From IMG/VR virus record IMGVR_UViG_3300031992_000012, positions 96,001-160,000 of that record: DNA of 64,000 nucleotides. One strand, written 5' to 3'. Below the pieces are notes generated by a model, which did not search any database, had not been told where the DNA came from, and saw nothing but the letters and a program-made list of their open reading frames with translations. The stretch comes from a virus. Its lineage: Duplodnaviria; Caudoviricetes. Shown here piece after piece: positions 17,898-26,989 of this stretch. The position numbers were made by a program, and so were the translations under genes. The first letter of the stretch is position 1, and each line of letters starts with the position of its first letter.

Positions 17898-19309
17898 TGA
17901 ACAAGAACTACGCGTATAAATCCCTTCTGCCGGACGACAACAAGACCGAGCCCGCTGTCCTCATCGACAGCAAGGTCCTGCCGGACAAGCTCGCGTCCAA
18001 GTGCGCGTCCGACACGAAGGAGTTCATAAAGGGCATAAAGCCTGACAAGGACCACAGCTACGTCCACCTTATCAGCACAGGCGCCCTGGAGTGGTACGGC
18101 CCCAACAAGCGCGGCGACTCCTTCAACGAGGCCGGCGGCATCTACAAGCCGACCGAGCCTTACTGCAAGGAGGCGTCGGAAGTCGAGCTTGACGGCGGGC
18201 TTACCAAGTACCACAACCCGACCTTCCAGGCCAACGGCAAGGTCTACCGCGAGCACCACAGCATTGTCGAGGACGCGTCCAACAAGCCGCTCGGAGAAGT
18301 GGTGTTCGCCACATACAACCAGCCGATGCACCGTGGCGAGCTTGTTGTAAAGCTCTCCAACGAGGAATGGAAGGACGACCTTGAACGCCTGGCCAAGGGA
18401 AAGCCCTGCTATTACAGCATGGGCTGCCTGACACCGGACGATGTCTGCTCTGTCTGCGGAAAGAGGACAAACCCAAACGACACCAAGAACCGCTGCGAAC
18501 ACCTCAAGGACCATTTGCTCGAGTACACGGACAAGGGCGTCCAGGTGCATGCGATAACCGACCATCCAATCTTCTACGACATCAGCCGTGTCGCGCGTCC
18601 CGCCGACAAGATTGCGTTCTCGCTCGGCAAAGTCGCCTCCGACCGTGGCCCTCTTCCTGTAATCCCGGTAAGGATGGTGGATGGCTCAATGTCCCGCCGC
18701 GCCGACCGCCTCGACCTGATTATGAAAATCGCCGCCGAGGAGAAGACGATGACGGAGCAGGAGAAAGTCCCGGTAGAGGACGTCTCCGAGGAGGACAAGG
18801 AGACAATCAAGAAGCTGAAGGGAAAGGACGGCGGAAAGGTTCTCATCATCCTGCGGAAGCACAACACCATGCTACCCCCGCCCGCTTTCCTTGAACTGCT
18901 GGCAGGCGACGGCAACGTCCCGCATGACGCCCTTCCCTTGATCGGTGAACACCTTGATGGTATCTTTAACTCGTTGTTGAAGGACGGCTCCATCAACGGG
19001 TTTGTTGACGACGGGACGTATGACGGCGACGCAGACGACAGGGAAATAGAAGACATTGTCATGCCCCTTGTCAGACGCTACTCGTTCGATGACGTTCCCT
19101 TCCAGAAGAGAATAATAAGAATCACAATCTGCCCTGGCTCGAAGATAGCCTCCGACAGACGAATGATAGTTACCCCCGGGGCCGACGCGCTTGCCGCCAA
19201 GCTCGCCAGGGAGTATGCCCGTTATCAGTTGTCGTTCCTAACAGAGCATCCGGATCGCCGCACGATAAGGCAGGCCCTATCGGGCAACCACCCGTTCGTG
19301 ATGGCATGA
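17897..19309 (+). CDS. Putative prohead maturation protease
   Basis: NKRGDSF...H...LGEV...SMGC-x5-CSVCG...CEHL...DISRVARPAD-x2-A fits an HK97/assemblin-type Ser protease with a Zn-finger insert; lies upstream of scaffold and capsid. Confidence 0.75.
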   Translation: MNKNYAYKSLLPDDNKTEPAVLIDSKVLPDKLASKCASDTKEFIKGIKPDKDHSYVHLISTGALEWYGPNKRGDSFNEAGGIYKPTEPYCKEASEVELDGGLTKYHNPTFQANGKVYREHHSIVEDASNKPLGEVVFATYNQPMHRGELVVKLSNEEWKDDLERLAKGKPCYYSMGCLTPDDVCSVCGKRTNPNDTKNRCEHLKDHLLEYTDKGVQVHAITDHPIFYDISRVARPADKIAFSLGKVASDRGPLPVIPVRMVDGSMSRRADRLDLIMKIAAEEKTMTEQEKVPVEDVSEEDKETIKKLKGKDGGKVLIILRKHNTMLPPPAFLELLAGDGNVPHDALPLIGEHLDGIFNSLLKDGSINGFVDDGTYDGDADDREIEDIVMPLVRRYSFDDVPFQKRIIRITICPGSKIASDRRMIVTPGADALAAKLAREYARYQLSFLTEHPDRRTIRQALSGNHPFVMA

Positions 19310-19405
19310 TGCTGAGAAACGCCGCCCTGTCCGGCGGCCCGCGCCAGGCACGCCACGCGTCCTGGAAGGCTCGAAGACACGAGTCATGGACACATAGAAG
19401 AGATT

Positions 19406-20650
19406 ATGGCAAACAAGACTACTTATCAGGACGCGATGCAATTCGCCATGCAGTTCCTCCAGAACTACGGGGCTGACCCGAAGCTCGCCGAGGACCCCAA
19501 CCGCCCGGCGCTTGTCCCCGATGACATGAAGGAAGGCAAGCCACAGACCGACGAAGTCGACAAGGGCGACGGAAACAAGCAGGAACAGGGTGCCCCCGGC
19601 AAGGAAACAGCCGAGGACGTCGCCAAGATGGAACCCGACGGCGCCAGCGTCGAAGGTGATCGCAAGAACACCGGCGACAGCGCGGAAGGCATCATCAAGA
19701 ACCCGCCCACCGTCTCGACCTCGGAAGAGCCGAAAGACGACATCGACAAGATGGACAATGTCGACCCCGCCTTCAAGAAGGCGTACGCCAGCTACCTCAA
19801 GCTGTCGAACGGAGTCATTGGCCTGATTGACGACACGTTCAACGAAGCCGCTGAAAAGAACGCCTCCGACGACGCCGTCCTCGACGAAATCGTCCAGAGC
19901 GCAATCAACACCAAGGCCCAGCACATCGACTTTCTCGTCCATGAATTCGGCGTCTCGCCGAAGCAGGCGAACGACATGCTGAACCAGTTGGCCGACCAGG
20001 ACCCTACCGCCGTCCTCCCTCCCGAAGCCATCAGCGATGAAGAGGCCGAACAGGTCCTCGCAGACGCCGCTGCCGCCGACGCGGGCGCCCCTGCCCCCGA
20101 AGCCGCTCCTGAAGGCGGCGACGATGTCGACGCCGACATCCAGCAGTTCATTGAAGAGATGCAGGGTCAGGGCTACTCCGATGATGAAATCATGGCAGCC
20201 CTAGAACAGGCCGCCGACATCGTTGGGCAGGAAGAAGGCGGCGCCGCCGCCCCGGAAGGCGAAGTCGCGCCGGAAGCCGCGAAGGCCGCCTCGGACCCTA
20301 CTGAGCCGGGCGCCGCTGAAGTCGGTGGCCCGGGAGAAGCCGAAGCCGCTGCCGCCCCTGCCCCTGAAGCCGCTCCTGAAGGCGGCGACATGGGCAACGT
20401 CGAAGGCGAGCTGAGCGAAATCGTCTCGCAGCTCCAGGACGAAGGCTACAGCCAGGAGGATATCGCGCAGGCCCTCATGGAAGAACTCGACATTTCGCCT
20501 GACGAAATCGTCGACACCGTCATGCAGGACCTCCAGTCCAAAGGCTTCACCGAAGAGGAAGCCGGTGAGTTGCTCTCCAATCTCGGGGAGCTTGAACAGC
20601 AAGGTGTGACACCTGAGCAGTTCGCGCAGGTCATCGACCAGCTCCAGTAA
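19406..20650 (+). CDS. Acidic scaffold-like protein
   Basis: Very D/E/A-rich, internal duplication APAPEAAPEGGD; between protease and capsid. Confidence 0.6.
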   Translation: MANKTTYQDAMQFAMQFLQNYGADPKLAEDPNRPALVPDDMKEGKPQTDEVDKGDGNKQEQGAPGKETAEDVAKMEPDGASVEGDRKNTGDSAEGIIKNPPTVSTSEEPKDDIDKMDNVDPAFKKAYASYLKLSNGVIGLIDDTFNEAAEKNASDDAVLDEIVQSAINTKAQHIDFLVHEFGVSPKQANDMLNQLADQDPTAVLPPEAISDEEAEQVLADAAAADAGAPAPEAAPEGGDDVDADIQQFIEEMQGQGYSDDEIMAALEQAADIVGQEEGGAAAPEGEVAPEAAKAASDPTEPGAAEVGGPGEAEAAAAPAPEAAPEGGDMGNVEGELSEIVSQLQDEGYSQEDIAQALMEELDISPDEIVDTVMQDLQSKGFTEEEAGELLSNLGELEQQGVTPEQFAQVIDQLQ

Positions 20651-20662
20651 GGGAGGTTGACA

Positions 20663-21058
20663 ATGCCCGACATCGCAAAACTGTCTGCACTTTCGTTGCA
20701 GGCCCTCAAGGCAGCCGAAGAGGTCCGCCTCTTGCAGTCGAGCAAGATCGCCAGCCAGGAGGCGGAGATCAACCGTCTCCGCTCCCAGCAGCAAGGCGCG
20801 GAGCAATTCCGCGCCCTTGTGGCAAAACTTGCCTCCGTCGGAGTTGTAGACCGCCTCAACGCAGTGTATTTTGATAAAAACGTTACCGACGAGAACGTGA
20901 CCGAGTTCATCACAAAACTTGCGAGCGCCGTCGATACGCCCAAGCAGAAGACAACCGTGTCACCCTACGAAGTGACGGGAGTCACGGAACAGAGTACCAA
21001 CAGGGACCAGGCAGCCGGTGACTGCGAGCGCAAGCTCCGCGACATCGTAGGCCGATAG
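20663..21058 (+). CDS. Small head-associated protein
   Basis: SD gggagg; KIAS and KLAS x2; start 20657 TTG or 20663 ATG. Confidence 0.7.
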   Translation: MPDIAKLSALSLQALKAAEEVRLLQSSKIASQEAEINRLRSQQQGAEQFRALVAKLASVGVVDRLNAVYFDKNVTDENVTEFITKLASAVDTPKQKTTVSPYEVTGVTEQSTNRDQAAGDCERKLRDIVGR

Positions 21059-21139
21059 GTTTAACCACAGAACGCGGCGAGCCACGCCGTATGCGCCTTT
21101 CGAGAGGAAGGAAGCCCGTCAAGGGCATGGCCACTAGAT

Positions 21140-21712
21140 ATGCCGAATACAAGATTTACTGCCCAGATGTACGACCACATCATCGACCCTGTCCGTGGCC
21201 CCCAGGTCGGACACCGTCTTGAATACTACGCGCCTGCGGCCATCGGCGAAAGCTGGAACCGTGGCGCGGTCATCAGCGCTGACAACACCGGCAAGCTCGT
21301 TGCCGGCTGCCTTGCGGGTTCCTCCTTCAACCGCCCCATGCCGATGTTCGCCCTTCAGGGCACCGATGACCTCGACGTGTGGTCGGACGACGTCAATCCC
21401 CAGCGCGACGGCGCGGGCGCCCCTGCCGGCGTCCCCTCGGCGCTGGTCGCCTCCGGCGGTTTTGAAATCGCCACCTCGGAATTCGAAGCTGAAGACAGCG
21501 GCGACGCCGTCATCTACAACGTCAACGACCAGCTCACCTGCGATGAAACGGGCAAGCTGATCAAGAAGACCTCCGCTTCGGAACCCACCGTCGGTATCGT
21601 CTCGGCCGCTCGTACGGCCAACGGCGTCCGCAAGAACGAACTCGGTGTCCAGGTCCGCCGCTACACGACCGACCTGCTCTTCCTCTGGACGTTCTTCATC
21701 CCGGCCGAATAG
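21140..21712 (+). CDS. Putative capsid decoration/cement protein
   Basis: 190-aa beta-rich protein just upstream of the capsid gene; YNVNDQLT...GKL...VGIV pattern; strongly biased codons. Confidence 0.6.
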   Translation: MPNTRFTAQMYDHIIDPVRGPQVGHRLEYYAPAAIGESWNRGAVISADNTGKLVAGCLAGSSFNRPMPMFALQGTDDLDVWSDDVNPQRDGAGAPAGVPSALVASGGFEIATSEFEAEDSGDAVIYNVNDQLTCDETGKLIKKTSASEPTVGIVSAARTANGVRKNELGVQVRRYTTDLLFLWTFFIPAE

Positions 21713-21867
21713 TTAATCGCGGCGCCAGCCGCTTTCGACAAGCCCCGTGTAAAAAGCGGGGCTTCAGGCATAAACAAAAGACATGCGGTGAAGCTACATC
21801 GTGTAAGTCCGCAGCCCGCTGCGGGAACAGGAGGGGCCAAGGCCCTGACGCTTAGCCAAATAAACAT

Positions 21868-22896
21868 ATGAGTATTGTTGACCCCAACATCAGAGAAAGC
21901 AACGCCGTCCTTATCGAAGGTCTGCGCAATGAAGCGACACGCAAGGAAGCGGCCGACACCGTCCGCGATTATTTGCGTATTCGTAACCGTGAAGACGGCA
22001 TGGTTGGCAAAATCCTGCCGCGTACGAATATCACCTCCGCCCAGCTCGACCGCCAGGTCGACACCCCCGACCCCGTGGTCGTGAACGACATCGAAGCCGA
22101 CAGCTCCGGCGCCGACGTCGTGGCGTTTGGTACTGGCCCCAAGACCGTCATGATCGACGCCGGTCGTTATGCCGTCGTCTTCAAGCGTATTGAGTCGCGC
22201 CGGTATCAACAGGACGTCAACCGCATGCTGACGTGGAACATGGACATCAAGCAGCAGCTCAAGGACTTCCTCCTGAAGGATATCCAGTACGCTGAAGACG
22301 CCGGTTTCATCGCGGCCTGCAACAGCATCGTCGGCGAAGTCAACACCGTCAACGAGAACGTCGAAAGCTGCCTCTGGACAACCCAGGGCCCGCTGGACCG
22401 TGTCTCCTTCTCCAACGCCCGCAAGGGTCTCCAGGCGACCAACCGTCACCTGCGCTCCACAATCGGTCTGATGAACGACCTCACGGTCTGGGACATCCCG
22501 AAGCTGAACCGCAACGAAATCGGTGGCGACCTTGCTGAAAAGCTGTTCACCGACGGCAACATCATGACCAACGTCATGGGCCTGAACCTGGTTGTCACCA
22601 TCAAGAACGAGCTGGTTGCCGACAACGACCTCTGGCAGTTCGCCAACCCGGAATACCTGGGTGACTTCCTCGTCCTGGACGACATCATCCTCTCTACCGA
22701 GAACATCAACTTCTGGATTGAGTTCTTCGGCTATGAAACCATCGGTATGGCCATCAAGAACATCGCGGCCCTGTGCCGTACATCGTTCACCGGCACCGCC
22801 ACCAACTGGCGTACCGGCGCTCCGGACGGCAACGCCCGTAGCTACTACACCATCCCGAATACCCCGGCGGAAGACGCCAGCAGCTCGGGTAACTGA
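21868..22896 (+). CDS. Major capsid protein (HK97 fold)
   Basis: 342 aa, strongest codon bias; 'LKDIQYAEDAGFI', 'FFGYETIGMAIKN' resemble HK97-fold spine helix and C-terminal strand; synteny. Confidence 0.8.
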   Translation: MSIVDPNIRESNAVLIEGLRNEATRKEAADTVRDYLRIRNREDGMVGKILPRTNITSAQLDRQVDTPDPVVVNDIEADSSGADVVAFGTGPKTVMIDAGRYAVVFKRIESRRYQQDVNRMLTWNMDIKQQLKDFLLKDIQYAEDAGFIAACNSIVGEVNTVNENVESCLWTTQGPLDRVSFSNARKGLQATNRHLRSTIGLMNDLTVWDIPKLNRNEIGGDLAEKLFTDGNIMTNVMGLNLVVTIKNELVADNDLWQFANPEYLGDFLVLDDIILSTENINFWIEFFGYETIGMAIKNIAALCRTSFTGTATNWRTGAPDGNARSYYTIPNTPAEDASSSGN

Positions 22897-22907
22897 GTAA
22901 TCCATGG

Positions 22908-22988
22908 TGCGGTGTAGAGCAGTGGTAGCTCGCTGGCCCCATAAGCCAGGTCATTAAGTCGTGCGTTCGATTCGCACCACCGCTACCA
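22908..22988 (+). tRNA. tRNA-Met(CAT), initiator-like, atypical
   Basis: T1:T72 mismatch, GAGC/GCTC D-stem, CTGGC-CC-CAT-AA-GCCAG, TTCGATT T-loop, ACCA end; 11-nt variable region. Confidence 0.8.
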
Positions 22989-22995
22989 AATCTCC

Positions 22996-23029
22996 AGCCC
23001 TGACGACAGAGATGCCGTCAGGGCTTTTT
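22996..23029 (+). terminator. Intrinsic terminator
   Basis: agccctgacg/cgtcagggct followed by TTTT. Confidence 0.8.
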
Positions 23030-23100
23030 GCGTTATATTTATAGATGTCCCCGGCCAACGCCGGAATTAAAAGGGAACGAAACAGAAAAGGAATCAAGAC

Positions 23101-23616
23101 ATGATTTACTGCAAGATTATCAACAAAACGAAAACGCCGCTTGCCCTCAACTGGATTCCTGGCGGGATTTCCATTCCGGTAGGTTCGGCAGCTATTCTCG
23201 AATACGACCCCTTCACGCTCCTCGACAAGCGCGGCAGCGTGTACAGCGGCGCCATGGCCATGCTGGACAACGGCCTTATCGAAGTCCAGTACTGCGCGAT
23301 GCCGCCAGCGAAGACAATCCCGTCGCTGACCTCCCAGGCTGAAGTCAAGGAGGAGGCCCCCAGGAAGGTCGAGCCACCGAAACAGCGCAAGTCAGTGTTC
23401 GAGACCGACGAGGAAAAAGGTTCCGCCCTTGACCTGGAAGTCTCGGTGGCTGCGGCTAAACCGGCCGAGAAGAATACCGACGAAGGTGTCGCGGTCTCCG
23501 TCCCGAAGGACGCCCCCAAGACCGAAGCGCCTGCAGAGAGCGTTGCCGACGAGGCTGTTGCGGAAGCCCCCGCAGAAGAGGCCCCGAAACGCAAGCGCGG
23601 TTCCAAGAAGATTTAA
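23101..23616 (+). CDS. Hypothetical protein with low-complexity C-terminus
   Basis: SD aaagga; A/E/P/K-rich tail. Confidence 0.75.
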   Translation: MIYCKIINKTKTPLALNWIPGGISIPVGSAAILEYDPFTLLDKRGSVYSGAMAMLDNGLIEVQYCAMPPAKTIPSLTSQAEVKEEAPRKVEPPKQRKSVFETDEEKGSALDLEVSVAAAKPAEKNTDEGVAVSVPKDAPKTEAPAESVADEAVAEAPAEEAPKRKRGSKKI

Positions 23617-23625
23617 GGAGACCAC

Positions 23626-23940
23626 ATGAACGGTCAAGTCTGTTTTGGCGACGCTGTCCCGCTGTCCGCTTCGGTCAGCACGACCAGCACGGCCATTATA
23701 AGCACGATTGGCGACCCCAGCCTTCGCAACGACGCGAAGTACCTCCGTGTCTCCAATCTTTCGTCGAACTATGTCTACCTGTCGGTGAACGCCCCGGCCG
23801 AAAAGAACAAAGGCCTTGTCCTGGCCCCGAAGGGCACGGACGGCTGGTACGTCGAGTTCAACAACACGAACATGTTCTACGGCACGCTCAACGCGATCTC
23901 GGATGGCTCGGGAACGCTTGCCCTTCTCATCGGAGGCTGA
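23626..23940 (+). CDS. Small beta-rich virion protein
   Basis: SD aaggag; LRVSN...VYL...GLVLAP pattern. Confidence 0.7.
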   Translation: MNGQVCFGDAVPLSASVSTTSTAIISTIGDPSLRNDAKYLRVSNLSSNYVYLSVNAPAEKNKGLVLAPKGTDGWYVEFNNTNMFYGTLNAISDGSGTLALLIGG

Positions 23941-23941
23941 C

Positions 23942-24361
23942 GTGACGTCAAGGGATGTCCTGAAAGAAAGGTTCAGGCTCCTTCTGGGTGAGGCGGCCGC
24001 CGGTGTAGGTGAATCAATGCACCGGGTGGTCGCCGCTTCGTATTCCCTGGGAGTGAAGTACTCCATTCCGGAGGCGATCGAATTTTTCAACGCGTTGGAA
24101 GATCCGACCAAGGTCCCGGGGTGGCTGGACTATCTCCCCGAAGAAGTGGAGTGCGAGTTCCCGGTAAGGGAGAAATGCTTCGACTGTTTTTATGTAAGAC
24201 TGTGCGCGGCCAGCGCGGCCGAAGGCGTGACAAGGGAGGCTCTGCTGATGGACGCCTACGAGTACATGCCCGAGGATTTCCACACCAAGCCTGAGTGGGG
24301 TATCGGTCTTCTTATGGATGCAGCCGATTCGTACAGGGAGCTAAAGGATTTGGAAGCATGA
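23942..24361 (+). CDS. Hypothetical protein
   Basis: GTG 23942 after ggagg; ATGA overlap downstream. Confidence 0.65.
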   Translation: MTSRDVLKERFRLLLGEAAAGVGESMHRVVAASYSLGVKYSIPEAIEFFNALEDPTKVPGWLDYLPEEVECEFPVREKCFDCFYVRLCAASAAEGVTREALLMDAYEYMPEDFHTKPEWGIGLLMDAADSYRELKDLEA

Positions 24362-25167
24362 TTTTCGACACCGTCTTTTCAAGCACAGCCGAGTCTACCT
24401 CCCTCCCTGTGATAACAGGGCTGGAAGGAGCCAAGAGGGAATGGAACATAACACTGCGCATGGACGCCGGCGAGTCCTCCCTCCCTTATGACCTGTCCGA
24501 CATATGGAAGGTCAAGTTCATATGCAAGACTTCGCCGGAGGACCGTCGCATAGCCATTGAGAAGGACTGCGAGATAATCAACCCGAAAGCAGGCGTAGTC
24601 CGTCTCATGCTGGAGCCGAAGGACATGAAGCGCTCCGGCTTGTGGTGGGGCGCTATACAGCTTTTCGACAATGACAAGGTTCTTGTCGAGCAGTTCAAAT
24701 GCTGGCTGCTCGTCAGGCAGACGATAGACGGCACAAGCAAGCACAAGACGCTTACCGTCCCGGAAGTCAGGGCGTTCCTGTTCGACAGGTGCGCCGAGGA
24801 CAACCGCCTGCTGGCCTCCACGCAGTTCACCGATGACGAGATAATGGAGGCCATGAAGAATCCCGTCGACGAGTGGAATTCCACTCCGCCCTCGGTATGC
24901 TGCTTCACCACCGTCAACTTCCCCTGGCGACTTCCCTGGATGAAGGGGACAGCCGCCTACCTGCTCAAAAGCCTGGCCATCCAGCAGATTCGCAACAACG
25001 CCACCTACCAGACAGGCACGGTCAGCGTGAACGACAGCGACAAGGGGCAGGCCTTCCTTCAGATAGGGGAAATGCTTTACAAGGAATGGCGCGACTGGCT
25101 AATGGCCAAGAAGCGCGAAATAAACATCGACATGGGCTGGGGTCACGCAGCCTGGGCCGACTTCTAA
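24358..25167 (+). CDS. Putative head-tail adaptor with N-terminal BppU-like domain
   Basis: YDLS...GVVRLML beta domain; helical C-domain FTDDEI...RNNATYQTGTVSVNDSDK; synteny. Confidence 0.55.
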   Translation: MIFDTVFSSTAESTSLPVITGLEGAKREWNITLRMDAGESSLPYDLSDIWKVKFICKTSPEDRRIAIEKDCEIINPKAGVVRLMLEPKDMKRSGLWWGAIQLFDNDKVLVEQFKCWLLVRQTIDGTSKHKTLTVPEVRAFLFDRCAEDNRLLASTQFTDDEIMEAMKNPVDEWNSTPPSVCCFTTVNFPWRLPWMKGTAAYLLKSLAIQQIRNNATYQTGTVSVNDSDKGQAFLQIGEMLYKEWRDWLMAKKREINIDMGWGHAAWADF

Positions 25168-25176
25168 GGAGTTACA

Positions 25177-25380
25177 ATGAAGAACATCGACATCTTTAAG
25201 AGCTACCTGTACGCATACAAGCAGGCTTCCGAAGCCGAGTGCTGCGGTCCTCAGACGACTAGCAAGGCCAACGAAAAACCGGTCGACTGGCGCGAACGCG
25301 TCCGTCGCGGAGTCATGAAAGGACTTGGCAAGGCCAAGCAGACCGTCGGAAAAGGAACTGACGCCGTAAAAGGCAAGTAA
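25177..25380 (+). CDS. Small K-x-A motif protein
   Basis: SD aaggag; FKSYLYAYKQAS. Confidence 0.65.
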   Translation: MKNIDIFKSYLYAYKQASEAECCGPQTTSKANEKPVDWRERVRRGVMKGLGKAKQTVGKGTDAVKGK

Positions 25381-26246
25381 TGGAATTCAACCCCTTCGAC
25401 GATATCACCCCTCCTGAACAGGCGTTCTCGTCGGTGGACATCATGCTGGACACTTCCCTGCGCACTGTTGTGAGCTGGAAGCTCAAGCAGGCGATGCCCG
25501 CCGAGGACGGCCTGTTCTGTGTTGAACGCTCCGTGTATGGCGAGCCCTTCCAGCCGGTCACGGGCATGCTGGATGACTGCTCGGCAGTCATAGAGGGCAT
25601 GCCGGTTCCGTCGCCTGACAAGGACTCCATACAATGGCGTGTCGTCTATATCGCCGGGGGTCGCCGGTGGGAGTCGATACCGCTACGCGTGGCGTCTACA
25701 ATAGACAAACGCGAGAGAGGCCTGCTGGACGTCATCGCCCACAGGGAGGCCGTCACCATCGAGAGATACAGCGGGGCAAAAGGTCTTCTGCTAAAGTCAA
25801 GGACATCCGGGCGCCCGTGCCCCATATGCTTCGACAAGGGCATAGAGTCCGCGACAAGGACATCCTGCCCGAACTGCTTCGGAACGGGGCATGCAGGAGG
25901 CTTCTACCATGGAAAACCATGGACGGTCAATATCCTCGGCGAGCCCGACACGTCCAAGGACACCCACCCCGTACTGGGCGCGGTCGAAAAGAACAACAAG
26001 GTAACGGCCAGGGCCATGCACCTCTACCCGGCGGAGCCCGGCGACATATGGATTGACTCCAACAGCCAGGAACGATGGGTCATAGGTGACGTCCAGCCGG
26101 AAATATCCTTCCGTGGGGTCGTGTTGACGGTAAAGATGAGCATGTCCCGTCTGCAGCGCTCCGCCGCCCATCCAATCAACGAGCCGGAAGTGTCCGAGGA
26201 ACTGCAGAAGACGCTTACAGAGGAGGAGAAATGGGCCCAGCTCTGA
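25380..26246 (+). CDS. Putative head closure/neck protein with zinc finger
   Basis: CPIC...CPNCFGTG-x2-GG; PGDIW...RW beta-barrel; synteny. Confidence 0.55.
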   Translation: MEFNPFDDITPPEQAFSSVDIMLDTSLRTVVSWKLKQAMPAEDGLFCVERSVYGEPFQPVTGMLDDCSAVIEGMPVPSPDKDSIQWRVVYIAGGRRWESIPLRVASTIDKRERGLLDVIAHREAVTIERYSGAKGLLLKSRTSGRPCPICFDKGIESATRTSCPNCFGTGHAGGFYHGKPWTVNILGEPDTSKDTHPVLGAVEKNNKVTARAMHLYPAEPGDIWIDSNSQERWVIGDVQPEISFRGVVLTVKMSMSRLQRSAAHPINEPEVSEELQKTLTEEEKWAQL

Positions 26247-26911
26247 CATTCGAGAAGCCGAAGTTCCCGGACGCGGTGCAGATGGAATGCGCTACGCCTC
26301 CGGGCGCGCGCACACCGGTCCTTCCCTCCGTTCTCATGAGCCGTGTGGCAGACCTGCTACGCGCCATGTTCAGCGACCCGGCGAACATATGGCATACGCA
26401 GCTCCGCGACATGCTCTTCTCGGACGACCACGAGAAGACCAAGGTGTTCGTGATGATGGGGTTCTCGACCACTCCGGAAACAGAGCAGGCCGAGACCTTC
26501 CCCAGAGTTGTCGTAAACGGAACGGACGCCTACTTCGGCAATCTCACGCCGGTCACGGACGGACTGTTCGTCAACACGGATTCCCCTGAGGGAGAAGTGT
26601 TTGGGCTGGACGACAGCCTTGAGCACTTCGAGGGGCAGCTACATATAACGTGCGCCTCCAGAGGCGCCCTGGAAGCCCTCCTTATGGCCGAATCAGTTGT
26701 CATGTTCTTCCGGCAAAACTCAAATTATATAAGGAAGGACTTGTGCCTATCCAACTTTGATGTTAGGGTACTTAAAAGCCCTCGTAAAGCCGAAGGCGCG
26801 GATGGAATCTACGAGTCATCCCTCACCGTCGCATGGAGCAGCGGAATGGCCTGGACAAGCGTCCAGGACGGTCCCGCCCTCGGTGCAGTGGGTGCCCAAG
26901 GCATCGGTTAA
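26231..26911 (+). CDS. Putative tail completion/terminator protein
   Basis: FPRVVV...ITCAS...EA-x3-AE pattern; directly upstream of the sheath. Confidence 0.55.
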   Translation: MGPALTFEKPKFPDAVQMECATPPGARTPVLPSVLMSRVADLLRAMFSDPANIWHTQLRDMLFSDDHEKTKVFVMMGFSTTPETEQAETFPRVVVNGTDAYFGNLTPVTDGLFVNTDSPEGEVFGLDDSLEHFEGQLHITCASRGALEALLMAESVVMFFRQNSNYIRKDLCLSNFDVRVLKSPRKAEGADGIYESSLTVAWSSGMAWTSVQDGPALGAVGAQGIG

Positions 26912-26989
26912 ACAATCAGACGCGGTGTGCTGCACCGTGCGTGTCAGCGGAGACGCTGAAAGTCCCTAGACAACAGCATAGAGATATAA

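Noticed and set aside
20086-20389. 36-bp direct repeat in the scaffold gene as a mobile or DGR repeat
   Set aside because: It is an in-frame domain duplication (APAPEAAPEGGD); no reverse transcriptase or adenine-specific variation.
21661-22905. 414-aa minus-strand ORF and similar long antisense ORFs
   Set aside because: Shadows of strongly C/G-ending codon usage on the + strand genes.
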